From positions 896,001 through 960,000 of the forward strand of contig CAVVMW010000021.1 in assembly GCA_963749495.1 (NCBI GenBank): a stretch of 64,000 nt of DNA, written 5' to 3'. Positions 45,526-58,559 of the stretch are shown in pieces; position 1 is the first letter of the stretch, and each line of letters opens with the position of its first letter. The stretch is from an uncultured bacterium. Lineage in GTDB: Bacteria > Verrucomicrobiota > Verrucomicrobiia > Limisphaerales > UBA8199. The translations under genes and the position numbers were made by a program. Below the pieces are notes generated by a model, which searched no databases, had not been told where the DNA came from, and saw nothing but the letters and a program-made list of their open reading frames with translations.

Positions 45526-46762
45526 AATGGTTATGTTGGGCTATATCCTCAAAATCCACGGGGCGCAGTTCTGGCAGGCGCGGTTCCTGAACGGGGTTGG
45601 CAAGAAGGTCCAGCGCAGCACCCGGACGAAAGACCGCAGGCAGGCCGAGGCGATCCTGGCAGGTTCGGGCCTTACAGACCCATCTGGAGCGCCAGGCCGG
45701 CCTCTGCCAGGTCAGGGTCAGGCGGGTCTCTGCCGAGATGTCGCGGCTGGTTGGCGGAGACACTACTCCAGTGGCGACCTACCAAGCCGCCCGTGACGCC
45801 TTCCTGGCGCGGAGCAAGGCGATGGGTCAGGAGACCTACATCAACCGCAGGAGCGCGCTCAAGAGCTTCGACGCTTACTTGGACCAGCTCGGCTCGGCTG
45901 GAGACGTAAGCATCCCGTTGGACGACGTGTCGCGGCCGATGGTAGCGGGTTACCGCGACTTCTGCCTCGCCAAAGGCCAGACGCCCGGAACGGTCAGGCA
46001 GAGGCTGGAGGTGCTGCACCTGCTTTGGGAGGAGACCATACGGGACGGCCTTGCCAGACACAACCCGGTGACAGGGGTGCTGGTCAAGCAACCTAAGCCC
46101 CGGGTCAACGTGAAGGTCCAGAAGCGCGTGGCTTTGTCGATGGCCGAGGGCATCAGACTGGTGGACGTCGCGGCGGTGGATGAGTTGGTCGCGGTGGTCA
46201 TGGGACTGGACACCGGGGCGCGCATCGGAGACGCCTTAGGGATGGAGGCGCAAAAAGTGGACCTAGACGAGGGCAAGATCCAGTTTTGGGTTGAAAAGTC
46301 GGATGTTTGGCACACGGTCTATCTCTTTCCACCGGCGGTTGAGTTTCTGCGCGAATTTTTCGGCTATCACCATCCCGCCCGGCTCGACCGCGACCTCATG
46401 CACGGCGACTCCAGGTTCTTGATGCCATCCCTGGGTGTGGCCTCGGCCCGGAGGTCAGCGCTGCCGAACACAAGTCGGCCTTGACTGCCGCCGACGATGC
46501 GATCAGCGCCTTGGTGGAGCGGGCCGGGATCGGGGAGTGGGTGACGCGCCCCTCGGGCAGCAGATTCCACACGGTCCGCTACCATGTGTTCCGGATCACA
46601 AACAACAACGCGTTGAAGATGGACGGCGTCACGACGGAATGGGTTATGGCGCGCATGTGCCAGAAGAGCAAGAAGGCCAACGAGGCTTACGACCGCTCTG
46701 ACGAGCACAACGTCAGGAAGGCGGTGTTTGGCCAACTCGGTATCCTTCACAAGCAGGATTGA
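45526..46762 (+). pseudogene. Tyrosine recombinase/integrase (two frameshifts; RBS separated by ISL3)
   Basis: Arm-binding-like N-terminus (QRSTRTKDRRQA), SAM-like core, LDTGARIGD (R), YHVFR (HxxR) and EAY (Tyr). Confidence 0.8.
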
Positions 46763-47316
46763 TCCGCTACTCGACGCGGCGGTTGATGGGGGTCCGGCTC
46801 GGCTACGAACCGCAGCCTCCGACCCGCCAGATGACACTGGATGGGTTCATTTGATCGCGACCTCGGTGCCCTGGGAGGGAGGGTTTCGATGAGAGGCCCA
46901 CCCTCCTTTGCAGGACAGATGTGGCGCAGAGGCTTCGGGTTCAGCTCCCTTGCAGGGGAGCACGCCCCTGCCGCACCGGTCAACGTCCTTAGCCCCGGTG
47001 CCGAGGTAGTGCGCTATTCAAAGACCATTCAGGCCACAATCTGGCCGGCCAAGCCCGGGCTTGACACAGGGCCCCGTTTGGGGTCAAATGCCGGCGCAAT
47101 CGAGCTGCTCGAAATCAGCAAGCATCGGTTCAGGGCTTACTTCTTTTCGCGGGCGAACTCCCTTGCCAGTCGGATGGACCTGACAGCGGCATGGCTGAGC
47201 GTGAAGGTGGCGGGGCTTGGGGCTTTTACACGACCTCGGCGCCCGATGCAGGTCCGCACGCTTCGTCCCGTCTCGTCCGGCTGTTCCCCACGGTTATCGC
47301 CAAAATCCAGGAGGGT

Positions 47317-50300
47317 ATGAACACACGACCTTTGAACCAACGGCTCGGATTCAGAAATGGCATTGCGCGCGTCAACGTTCGTCCGCTGCTTTATGAACGC
47401 ATTGCGGCCGGGCTGGCGGCGGTCCTCCTGGCTTGGCCGGGGTGGCCTCCGCAAACCGCTGTGGCCCAGCAGCCCACTGGAACCTTTGTCAGTTGGGGCA
47501 ATCAGATCACGCCGTGGGAGCCAACCGGCGCGCGCTACAAGGCCATCGCGGCGGGAGCTGAGTTTAGCCTGGCCCTCAGGTGGGATGGGGTGGTCGTGGC
47601 CTGGGGAGACGACACCTACGGCCAGTCGGGCGTGCCCGCGGATTTGGGCGGCGTGATTGCCATCGCGGCGGGGGGCTCTCACAGCCTGGCGCTCAAGCGG
47701 GATGGCACGGTCGTCGCCTGGGGGGCGGGCGGGCCCGGACAAGCAGGGGATCAGAACTACGGCCAAGCGACCGTGCCCAGCGGTTTGAGCGGCGTAGTGG
47801 CTATCGCGGCCGGAGGCTCTCACAGCCTGGCGCTTAGGCAGGACGGGACGGTCGTGGCGTGGGGACTCAACGGCAATGGTCAAGCCAGTGTACCGACCGG
47901 TTTGAGCGGGGTGATCGCCATTGCCGCGGGAGCGGCCTACAGCCTGGCGCTCCAGCAGGACGGCACGGTCGTCGCTTGGGGAGACAATTACTACGGGGAG
48001 GCGACAGTCCCCGCAGACCTGATGGGCAGGGGCGTGGTTGCCATCGCGGCGGGCCCGGACCATGCTCTGGCGCTCCAGAAGGACGGCACGGTCGTGGCGT
48101 GGGGCCTGGGCGGGCCGGGGGGGCAGCCGGGCTATCCGAATTGCGGCCAGGCGACCGTGCCGAGCGGTTTGGGTGGCGTAGTGGCCATCGCCGCGGGGTA
48201 CTTGCACAGCCTGGCGCTCAAACAGGACGGGACGGTCGTCGCCTGGGGCGCAGGGTGGCAAGCAGACGGTCAGGACTATGGTCAGGCGGCGGTGCTCACC
48301 GTAGTGGCCGCGCCCAGCCTGACTGCCTTGCCCACAAACCGCATCGCCAGTGCCGGGGCAACGGTGGATTTCGCCGTGGAGGCCGCCGGCACCGCCCCGC
48401 TGGCCTATCAGTGGCTTTTCAACCGCACCAACGCCCTCACGGGCGCCACCAACGCGATCCTGGAATTGACCAGCGCTCAGGCCGGGCAAAGCGGGGCCTA
48501 TGACGTCCTCGTCACCAACCTGGGCGGGGCGGTGGCCAGTCCGCCCGCGGTGCTGACGGTGATGGCGCCGCCGAGCCTGGTCAGTATGCCCGTCAGCTAT
48601 ACCACCTACGCTGGCGCCAGCATCGAGTTCGCTGTCGGCGCGGTCGGCGCTCCTCCCCTGGGCTACCAATGGTGCTTCAACGCGACCAATGCGCTGGCCG
48701 ACGCCACCAATGCAGTCCTGGATCTGGCGGACGTCCAACTGTCTCAGGCCGGCGTGTATGTCGTGGTGGTGACCAATCCTTTCGGAGCGGTGACCAGCGC
48801 GCCGGCCACGCTGGCTTTTGCCGGTCCTGTCGTGATCGAGCCTCGGAGCTGGCTCTGCGCTACGCGCTGACGGCCGGCCCGTCTGTCTCCTTCGCCTGCG
48901 ACGGGACGATCAGCCTGACCAACCAGATTATGATCACCAACGATACGGTGCTCGATGGCACGGGACACGAAGTTACGATTGCCTGTGCCAGTCCGCCCGG
49001 TGCCTTTGGCGGCACCAATCGCATTTTCTATGTCTGCTCGAACGTCACCTTCACTGCCATCAACGTCACCATGGCCAATGGTTCCGCGCGGACATTCGAC
49101 CCGTTCGGTTCCCCCGCCGGCGTGAGCGGTGGGGCCATCCTGAACGACGGCGGGGTCCTGAACCTGCGCAACGTTTCTTTCCTGACCAATTGGGCCATGG
49201 TCGGCGGGGGGGCCCTCGCCAGCCGCAATGGTGGCACGGCCAATGCCTCCAATTGCACGTTCGCGGGGAACTCCGTCGGGGGTCTTTTCCAGAACGGCGC
49301 CCCGGCCTACGGCGGGGCGATTCTAAACGAAGGTGGTCAGATGAGCCTCCGCGCCTGTGTGCTCCGTGGCAACAGTGCGCTGGCCGGCTACAGTGACATG
49401 ACGCGCGACGGTTTCGGTGGCGCGATCCAAAACGAAGGCAACCTGACCGTCAGTGACTGCCTGTTCCGCGACAATGCGGTCACCGGCGGCGCCGGCTTCA
49501 CGGTGTACCAGCAAATGGGGGTCTCAGGCTTTCCAGGCGGCTCTGGCTTCGGGGGCGCCATCTGCAACCTCGGAACTCTGGTCTTATCAAGCAGCACCGT
49601 CATGAGCAATAGCGCCAGCGGCGGCGGCGGCGGCAGGGGCAACCCCGGTGGGGTCGATGGCCATACGGGCATGCCGGTTGACAGCGGGGGCGGCGGCTCG
49701 GGCGGCCCCGGCTATGGCGGCGGGCTCTTCAACGGTGGCACCGCCAGCTTGATCAACAGCACCTTGGGCGGCAACCTTGGCGCCGGTGGCGGCGGCGGCA
49801 GCGGCGGGCCTCCAATCACGGTTTACGTTTGGGTCTCCTGGAAGCAAGCCTACGAGGAGGACACGATCCCTGCCGCCCCAAACGGCGCCAGCGGGTCGGG
49901 TTTTGGCGGTATCTACTCGACTAACGCCGCGCTCCGCCTGACAAACTGCACGGTCGCTTTCAACACGGCCTCTGGCGGCACCGATTACTGGACGCGGGTG
50001 GTTGCCGGCGTGTCTGTGACCGGGGCCTTCATGGTCAACACGCTGCTGGCCTCCAATTCTCCCGGGGGCAATGCCTCCGGCCCTATTGTGGACGGGGGCC
50101 ACAACTTGAGCTCTGATGCCTCCTGTGCGTTCACCGATCCCACCAGCTTGAGCAACACCGATCCCTTGCTCGGTCCCTTGGCCGACAACGGCGGGCCGAC
50201 CTTGACGATGGCGCTGCTCGCCGGCAGCCCGGCCATCGGCGCCGCGGACAGCGCCTCCGCCCCGCCGACCGACCAGCGCGGCTTCCCGCGGCCGACGGGC

Positions 50301-50594
50301 TCTGCCGACATCGGGGCCTGTGAATTCGGCTACCCGCCAATCCTGGCCGCCGGACGGCCACCGGAAGGCGGGGTCGACCTCTCCGTCAGTGGCCGTGCGG
50401 GCCAAGTCTGCCGGTTGCTCGCCAGCCCCAACCTGGTGAACTGGACGGCCATCGCCACAAACTCGTTCAGCTCGAGCGGCAGATTTCTCTTCCATGACCC
50501 CGCCGGCGCCGGCCAAGGGCAGCGGTTTTACCGCGCCGTGATGCCTTTAACGGGGGTTCACCGCCATGCGGCGCTTACCATTGTCACCTTATGA
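47317..50594 (+). CDS. Secreted protein: RCC1-like repeats, 2 Ig domains, choice-of-anchor-Q-like beta-helix, C-terminal FYR domain
   Basis: AIAAGGSHSLAL.DGTVVAWG repeats, YQW.FN Ig motifs, DPLLGPLADNGGPT, DQRG, DIGACE; frameshift at ~48845; true stop probably ~50550. Confidence 0.85.
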
Positions 50595-53500
50595 ATCACC
50601 TTATAAGCTCAACAACTAGACTTGGATTCCGCGAAAGCCCCGATTCGCTTGCGCGAATGCATAGGGACCGCGAACCGGATGGAGGCTCCTGCCACGCTTG
50701 TGTCGTGGAGTGCGCTCCCGATGCACCGGGATCGCTTTCGCCCGCCGGGGGCAGTTCGAAAGCGGCACAGGCGCGCCGCACTCCAAAACCTGGCGGAGGA
50801 CGGGCGTTCATGGAAAGCGCGGGCCGTCAACGGCGCGGGGCCGTGCCAGGGGGGCTGACCCGCAGGTTGGCCGTGGCGCTGGCTCTCACGCTGGCCGGCG
50901 GCGCGTCCGCCCAAACCTATAAGGTGCTCAAGAGCTTCACCGGCAGTGATGGCAACAGTCCGCAGGCGGGCTTGGTCCTGGCGGGCAGCGCGCTCTATGG
51001 GACTGCCTGGGGCTCCTACCTCAACGCCGGTGTCTGGTACGTCAACAATGGCGTGGTCTTCAAGGTCAACACCGACGGCTCGGGCTACACCATGCTCAAG
51101 AGCTTCACCGGCAGTGACGGCAGCCTTCCGCAGGGGGACCTGGTGCTGGCGGGCGATACCCTCTATGGCACAGCCTATGCCGGCGGGGCCTCGGGCTGGG
51201 GCGTGGTCTTCAGAATGAGCATCGACGGGTCGGGCTACACGGTGCTCAACAACTTCACCAATGGCACCGAGGGCAGCGGTCCCAACGGGGGCATGGTCTT
51301 GGCGGGAAGCACGCTCTATGGGACAACGTACTGGACAACGTACTATGGGGTCCCTTCGGGCGAGGGCGTGGTCTTCAAGTTGAACACCGACGGGTCGGGC
51401 TTTGCCGTCCTCAAGAGCTTCACCGGCAGTGACGGGGCCAACCCGTACAGGTGGCCTGGTTCTGGCGGGCAGTACGCTCTATGGGACGACGAGTCAAGGC
51501 GGCAGCTCGGGTAATGGCGTCGTCTTCCGGGTGAACACCGACGGGTCCGGCTACGCCGTGCTCAAGAGCTTCACCGGCGGCACCGACGGCGCCTACGTGT
51601 CTGGTAGCCTGGTTCTGGCGGGCAGTACGCTCTACGGGACGGCGGGTGGCGGCGGCAGCTCGGGTCATGGCGTCGTCTTCCGGGTGAACACCGTCGGGTC
51701 GGGCTTCGCCGTGGTCAGGAGCTTCACCGGCAGCGACGGCGGCTACCCGTTCGGGGGCCTGCTCCTGGCGGGCACCACGCTCTACGGGGCCACGACTTAT
51801 GGCGGCAGCCAAGGCAATGGCGTCCTCTTCAAGCTGAACACCGACGGGTCGGGCTATACAGTGCTTAACAGCTCCGCCGGCGGCAGCGACGGCGAGCTCT
51901 CCGTATGGTGGCCTGCTTCTGGCGGGCAGCTCGCTGTATGGGACGACATGGAACGGCGGCAGTTCGGGCGGTGGCGTCGTCTTCAGTTTGAGGAGCGCCG
52001 CCGCGCCGGCCATAGTTCTGGGCCCGCAAGGCCAGACCGTTGTGGCCGGGGATAACGTTGCTCTCAGCGTCCAAGACGGCAGCATCGGGCCGGCGTACCA
52101 GTGGGTTTTCAACGGCACCAATGCCATTGCGGGCGCGACCAACTCGGTCCTGCAACTGACCAATGTCCAGCCTGCCCAATCGGGGGCTTATGCCGTCATC
52201 GTGACCAATGACTACGGCGCCGTGACCAGCGCGCCAGCCATCCTCGAGCTAATGGCTCGGGGCACGACCCCGGTGGCCAGTTGTACGGAGGTGGCCTTGC
52301 GGGCCGCGATGGCGGGGCCAGGACCGGTCACCTTCGCTTGCGATGGCACGATCACCCTGACCAACACGCTGACCATTTCCAGCAATATCGTGCTGGATGG
52401 CAGCGGCCACACCATCACGATCAGCGGCGGCAATTCTGTCCGCCTCTTCACGGTGAGCTCCAACGTCACGTTCTCGGTCCTCAACCTGACCATCGCCAAT
52501 GGCCTGGCCCCAGATGGGCAGGGCGGGGCAATCCTCAACGCGGGCGGAGTCCTCAACGCCACCAACTGCGCCTTCACCGGCAACCTGGCCACCAATGTGA
52601 GCGGCGGCCCGGCCCAAGGCGGGGCCATTTTCAGTGCCAATGGGCAAGTCGCGCTATACCATTGCACCTTTACGGGCAACGCCGCCTCCGGAGGCGGAGG
52701 GGGCGATGGCTGCGGCGGTGCGGTTTATAGCAGCGGCAGTCTTGGGGCCTGGCTCTGCGCCTTCATCGGGAATTCGGCTACCGGCGGGGCAGGTTGGCTT
52801 GGCATCAGCTACCCCCAGGGGGGGCCCCCGCTGTGGCCCGGCCCCGGCGGCAGCGCCCTCGGCGGAGCCATTTGCAGCCTTGGCCAAATGACAGTCGCCG
52901 CCATTACCTTTGCCAGCAACTCGGTCACGGGCGGCCCCGGCGGCGGGGGGGCCTTCATACCGCCCACAGGGGACGCAGGGGGCGGCTTTGGCGCGCCCGG
53001 CGGCCCCGGCAATGGCGGCGCGATCTTTAATGGCGGGGCGGCAACGGTGTCCGCAAGCACGTTTGCCTGGAACCTGGCCACCGGGGGCGCAGGAGGCCCG
53101 GGCGGCGACGGCTACAGCGGAGGCAGCGGGGCCTACGGCGGCGGCGGCAACAGCGGCGCGCTCTTTAGCGGTGGAGTCGCGAGGATTTCCAATTGCACGT
53201 TCGCCTCCAACACGGGCGCTGGGGGCGCTGGCGGCGGGGGCGGGGGCGGCATGTCGATATCGGGTGCTCGCGTCCCGACTCGCGACGGCAATGGCGGCAA
53301 CGGTGGTCCCGGCGTTGGAGCCATCTGCGATACAAACCGCCTGTGCTTCCTGACCAACTGCACCCTGGCCCTCAACTCGGCCTCCGGCGGGGCCGGTGGC
53401 GCCGCTGGCGCGTCGTTCCCTCCCACTTACCAGGGCTGGGCGGCTGGGGCCCTCCAGACAGCCGGCGCCACCCTCGTCAATACCCTGCTGGCTGGCAATG

Positions 53501-53988
53501 CCCCCAGCAATTGCGGCGGGGCCCTCACCGATGCCGGCCACAACCTCAGTTCGGATGCCTCGTGCGCCTTTACCGACCCTACAAGCTTGAACAGCACCGA
53601 TCCCCTGCTCGGCCCGTTAGTCGACAACGGCGGGCCCACCCTGACCATGGCGCTGCTCCCCGGCAGCCCGGCCATCGGCGCCGCCGACAGCGCCTCCGCC
53701 CCGCCGACCGACCAGCGCCGCTATCCCCGGCCAGCCGGCCCGGCAGACATCGGGGCTTGCGAATTCGGCTACCCGCCAATCCTCGCTGCTGCCCAGCCGC
53801 CGGAAGGCGGTGTGGACATTTCCGTGAGCGGCCGCGCCGGCCAGACCTGCCGATTGCTCGCCAGCCCCGACCTGGTGAGCTGGACGGCTATCGCCACAAA
53901 CTCCTTCGGCCCGAGCGGCGTCTTTGTTCTCCATGACCCAGCCGGGGCCGGCCAAACGCAGAGGTTTTACCGCGCCGTAATGCCTTGA
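50591..53988 (+). CDS. Secreted protein: GloVer-type tandem repeats, Ig domain, choice-of-anchor-Q-like domain, FYR domain
   Basis: VLKSFTGSDG..P...L...LYGT...GVVF repeats; frameshifts at ~51448 and ~51900. Confidence 0.85.
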
Positions 53989-54023
53989 ACGAGCGTCCAC
54001 GGCCATCCGGCACTTATCAGCCT

Positions 54024-57000
54024 ATGAACTCGACAACTCGGTTGGGAATGTTTTGGAGAAGCGCAGGCCATCGCTGGCCGGCAGCTAAATCGAATGAACC
54101 AAGATTAGGACAGCCTTCGTCGCCGCATTTGTCGAGACAGGCCCAATGCGACAAAAGTTGCGACGAAGGCTGCAACAAAGGTCCAAAGCCGGCGCAGGCG
54201 CCCCAAGGCCGGTTGCTTCGATTTCGGCGCAGGCGGCAGATGGTCGGGCTGGGCATAGCTCTCGCCCTGGCGCTGGCCGGCGGCGCGTCCGCCACGACCT
54301 ACCGCGTGCTTATGAGCTTCAACGGGAGCGACGGGGCGAATCCGTGTGGCGGCCTGGCCCTGTTGGGCAACACGCTTTATGGGATCACGGCCCAAGGGGG
54401 CACTTCGAGCAACGGCGTCATCTTCCGAGTGAACACGGACGGGACAAGCTATGTAGTGCTCAAGAGGTTTAACGGAAGCGATGGCAGGTACGCCCAGGGG
54501 GGCGTGGTGGTGGAGGCCAGCACGCTCTATGGGACGACGGCCGGTGGCGGAGACGGGAACAACGGCGTGGTCTTCAAGGTCAACGCCGATGGCTCGGGCT
54601 ACGCGGTCCTCAAGAGCTTCACCGGCGGCGAGGATGGGGCCAATCCGTTTGCGGGCCTGGTCCTCGATGGCAGCACACTCTATGGGACGACGCAATATGG
54701 GGGAAATGGGGGAAGCCTCGGCTACGGCGTGGTCTTCAAGGTCAACACTGATGGCTCAGGCTACACGGTGCTCAAGAGTTTCACCGGGGGCGAGGATGGC
54801 GCCTATCCGTGTGCGGCTCTGGCCCTGTCAGGCGGCACGCTGTATGGGACAACCGACTCGGGCGGCGATTCACACGACGGGGTGGTCTTCAAGATGGACA
54901 CGGACGGATTGAACTACGCGGTGCTGAAGAGCTTCACGGGCGCTGATGGCGCGAGCCCCTGGGGCGGCCTGGTCCTGGCGGGTGGGACGCTATACGGGAC
55001 GACGAGCGCGGGCGGAAATCTGTCCGGCGCGCCCTTGTGGCAAAGCTACGGCGTGGTCTTTAGTGTAAAAACGGACGGAGCGGGCTACACGGTGCTCAGG
55101 GACTTCGCCGGCCAGGACGGTGAGACACCGGACGGGCGCATGGTCTCTGAGGGCGGGACGCTTTACGGCACGACAAGGGTTGGCGGCAGCCTGTTTCAGG
55201 ATCCGAATTACAAGCCTGGCGATGGGGTCGTCTTCCGGGTGAACGGAGATGGCTCCGGTTACGCCGTGCTTCATAGCTTCAAGGGAGCCGATGGCATGCT
55301 TCCTGCGGGGCAATTGCTCCTGGTCGGCACCATGCTCTATGGTACGACGTGCGCCGGCGGAGACTACGACTGCGGTGTTGTCTTCGGCTTGGATTCGGCG
55401 GTCGCGACGCCGCCCCTGCTCCTCACGGTCCCACAGGGCCAATCTATGGAGCAAGGGGGCACCGCGGTTTTCAGCGCCACGGTTGCCAATTTGGAACCGG
55501 TGGCCTATCAATGGCTTTTCAACGGCACCAATGCCCTTCCCGGCGCGACCAACTCCAGCTTGCAACTGGCCGGCCTCTCAACTGGCGCAAGCGGGCGCTT
55601 ATGCCGTGGTCGTTACCAACGGTTACGGAGTGGTCACCAGTCCGCCGGCCCTGCTGGACGTGATACCGCTCGGCACGACCCCGGTGGCCAGCTGCACGCC
55701 GGGGGCCTTGCGGGCCGCGCTGGCGGGGCCGGGGCCGGTCACCTTCGCCTGCGACGGCACGATTACCCTGACCAACACGATTACGATCGCGACCAATACC
55801 GTCGTGGACGGCGCCGGGCGGCACGTGACGATCAGCGGGGGCAACGCCGCCGGTGTGTTCCACGTTAACACCAACGTCACCCTCAGCGTAGCCAATCTGA
55901 CTCTCGCCAACGGCCTGAGCACCAACGGCGGCGGCGCCATCCTCAACGACGGCGGAACGGTGGACCTGCTGAACACCGTCGTGCAGTCGAACAACGCGGC
56001 CATTGACGGGACCTGGCCTAATCCGGTGGCTGAAGGCGGCGGCGTGCTCAACGGGGGCGGCAGACTCAACGCGACCAATTGCAGCTTTTGCGGCAACGCC
56101 GCCACGGGTGCCGGGAATGGCGGCTTGGCCCGGGGCGGGGCGCTCGCCAACGAGGGTGGCTTGGTCAACCTGGAAAGCTGCCTCTTTGCCGGCAATGGCT
56201 CGGCTTTCACAAATCTGGTCGCTAGCGCAGGGGATGTGGAAGAGGCGTGCGGCGGCGCGATTCACAACGCCGGGACGCTCAACGTCAGCCGCTGCACCTT
56301 CCAGCAGAACTCGGCCTTTGGCGTTCCCGGCAATGGGGGCGCGGTCTGCAACCTCGGCGTGCTGGCCCTGAGCGGCAGCAGCCTTGTGAGCAACACCGCC
56401 GCCGGCCCGCCCGGCGCTTCGGGAGGCGTGGTGTACAATATTCCGTTTATCCCGAACGGCGAGCCTGGCGGCGACGGCAATGGCGGCGGGCTGTTCAACG
56501 CCGGCGTTGCCCGGCTGGCCGATAGCATCTTTGTGGGGAACCAGGGCGTCGGAGGCGCCGGGGGCGATCACGGGTACGTTTATGACGTGGAAACAGGCAC
56601 GATAAGGGAGGCAGGGGACTGCGGTGGCGGCGGCAATGGGTTCGGCGCCATTTGCGATATCGGCGCTGTCTGTTACCTGACCAATTGCACGCTGCTCGAC
56701 AACGTTGGCGTCGGCGGCCAGGTACTGCGCTGAGAGCTCGTCAGGTGCCCCCGGCGCCCAGGCCGGCGGCATCCGCAGCATCAGCGCCATCCTGGTGAAC
56801 ACGGTCGTGAGCGGCAATCCGGGCGGCGATGTGTATTGGGCCGCTTCGCAGGACGCGCACGGGGCGTGCAAGTTCTTCACCCTCTACAACTTTGGCGGCC
56901 CCGGCTGCCCACAGAACCAATTGCCTCTGGCGCCGCCAACCGTTGGCCCGGATGGAACGCTCTACGGCACGACGTTGGGTGCCAGCTTCGCGCTCAGCAC

Positions 57001-58559
57001 CAACGGGACCGCAAGCAGCTATCGAGCGCTTGCGAGCGGCAACGCTCGCCGTACCGGCTTGGCATTGTCAGGCACGACCCTATACGGAACGGACGCCGGC
57101 GAAGTGTTCAAGCTCAATACCGACGGCACCGGCGTCACCAAGCTCCTGGCCCTTACGAATGCCTCGGACCTGGTGCTCTCCGGCACGACGCTGTACGGGA
57201 CCACGTTCCGGCGGAGGCAACAGCGGGGGCGGCACGTTGTTTCGCCTTCAGACGGACGGCACAGGCTACCAGGTGCTCCACTCGTTTGGCGACTCACCCG
57301 ATGATGGCAAATGGCCTGAGGCGGGCCTGCTGTTGTCTGGCGATACGCTGTACGGCACGACGAGCTATGGCGGGCTTGGCGGCGGCACTGTCTTCAAGAT
57401 CAACACGGACGGCACCGGCTACGCCATCCTCAAGTCCTTCTCGTTCTACGATGATTCCAGTCCACGGACGAGGCTGGTATTGTCTGGCACGACCCTCTAC
57501 GGGACAACGCTTCTAAGGCCAGGCGCGGAGCCATGGGACCCCGACGGTCCTCCCGTGATATTCAAGATCAACACCGACGGCAGCGGCTACGCTGTGCTCA
57601 AGCAGCTTGGGGCCGACTTTATGCGGCAAGAGGTGGCGTTGGCGTCGGACTCTTCGACGCTGTTTGGGACCTCGATCGCCAGCGGTCTTTACGGCCAGGG
57701 CTCGGTGTTCCGGATCAATACCGACGGCAGCGGCTACGCCGTGCTCTGGAACTTCAGCGGCCCCGATGGCTCCGGCCCTAACGCGGTCGTCTTGTCCGGC
57801 TCGACGCTTTACGGGACGGCGAACGCCGGCGGCTTTTACGATGGCGGCGTGGTGTTCAGCCTGGCGCTCCCGCCACCCCCGGCCATCACCATCGGCCTCC
57901 AGGAGCAAACCGCCGAGGTGGGCGGCGACGTGCAGTTCCGCGTAACGGCCGACGGCGCCGGCCCGATGACCTATCAATGGTTTCTCAACGGCACCAACGC
58001 GCTCGCCGCCAGCGGGTCCCTCCTCGAGTTGACCAACGTCCAGCCGTCGCAAGCGGGCACCTATAGTGTGGTGGTCAGCAACGCCATCGGGGTGGTCACC
58101 GGTTCCGCGGCGCAACTGAGCGTCATTGCCCCAGTTCGGAGAGCGCCCGCCGCCGGCCTCACGCTGCTCGGCCAGCCCGGGCTCACGTTGAACGTGGATT
58201 ATACGGAGGCGCTTGGTGCACCGCCGCAGTGGGGGAGTTGGACGAATGTGACGTTGGGAGGCCCTTCGCAACTGAGCCTCGACTTCGATGCTCCCCTGGC
58301 GCCACAACGTTTCTACCGCGGCTGGCACACGAACGCGGCAGCCCCACCCCCAAGCCTGAGCCTAGAAGCGGGCACCGTCATCACATTGACCGGAGCCATT
58401 GGCGGCTCAGTGCGGCTCGACTGGATCAATCAGTTCGGCCCCACCGACGCCTGGGCACCCTTGGCCACACTGACTTTGACCAACACGTCACAGCTTTACT
58501 TCGACGCCACCGGCAGCTTCCACGCCCCGCGCCTCTACCGGCTTGTCCCGGTGCCGTAA
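54024..58559 (+). CDS. Secreted protein: GloVer repeats, Ig, beta-helix, second GloVer block, Ig, two FYR/LYR domains
   Basis: Same repeat motifs; frameshifts at ~55580, ~56720 and ~57208. Confidence 0.8.

Noticed and set aside
43899..45527. Plus-strand 542-aa ORF
   Set aside because: Antisense to the ISL3 transposase.
50920..55390. Repeated gtgctcaagagcttcaccggc units as a CRISPR array or DGR template/variable repeat
   Set aside because: They are coding GloVer-type repeats; no reverse transcriptase is present and I saw no adenine-specific mismatch pattern.
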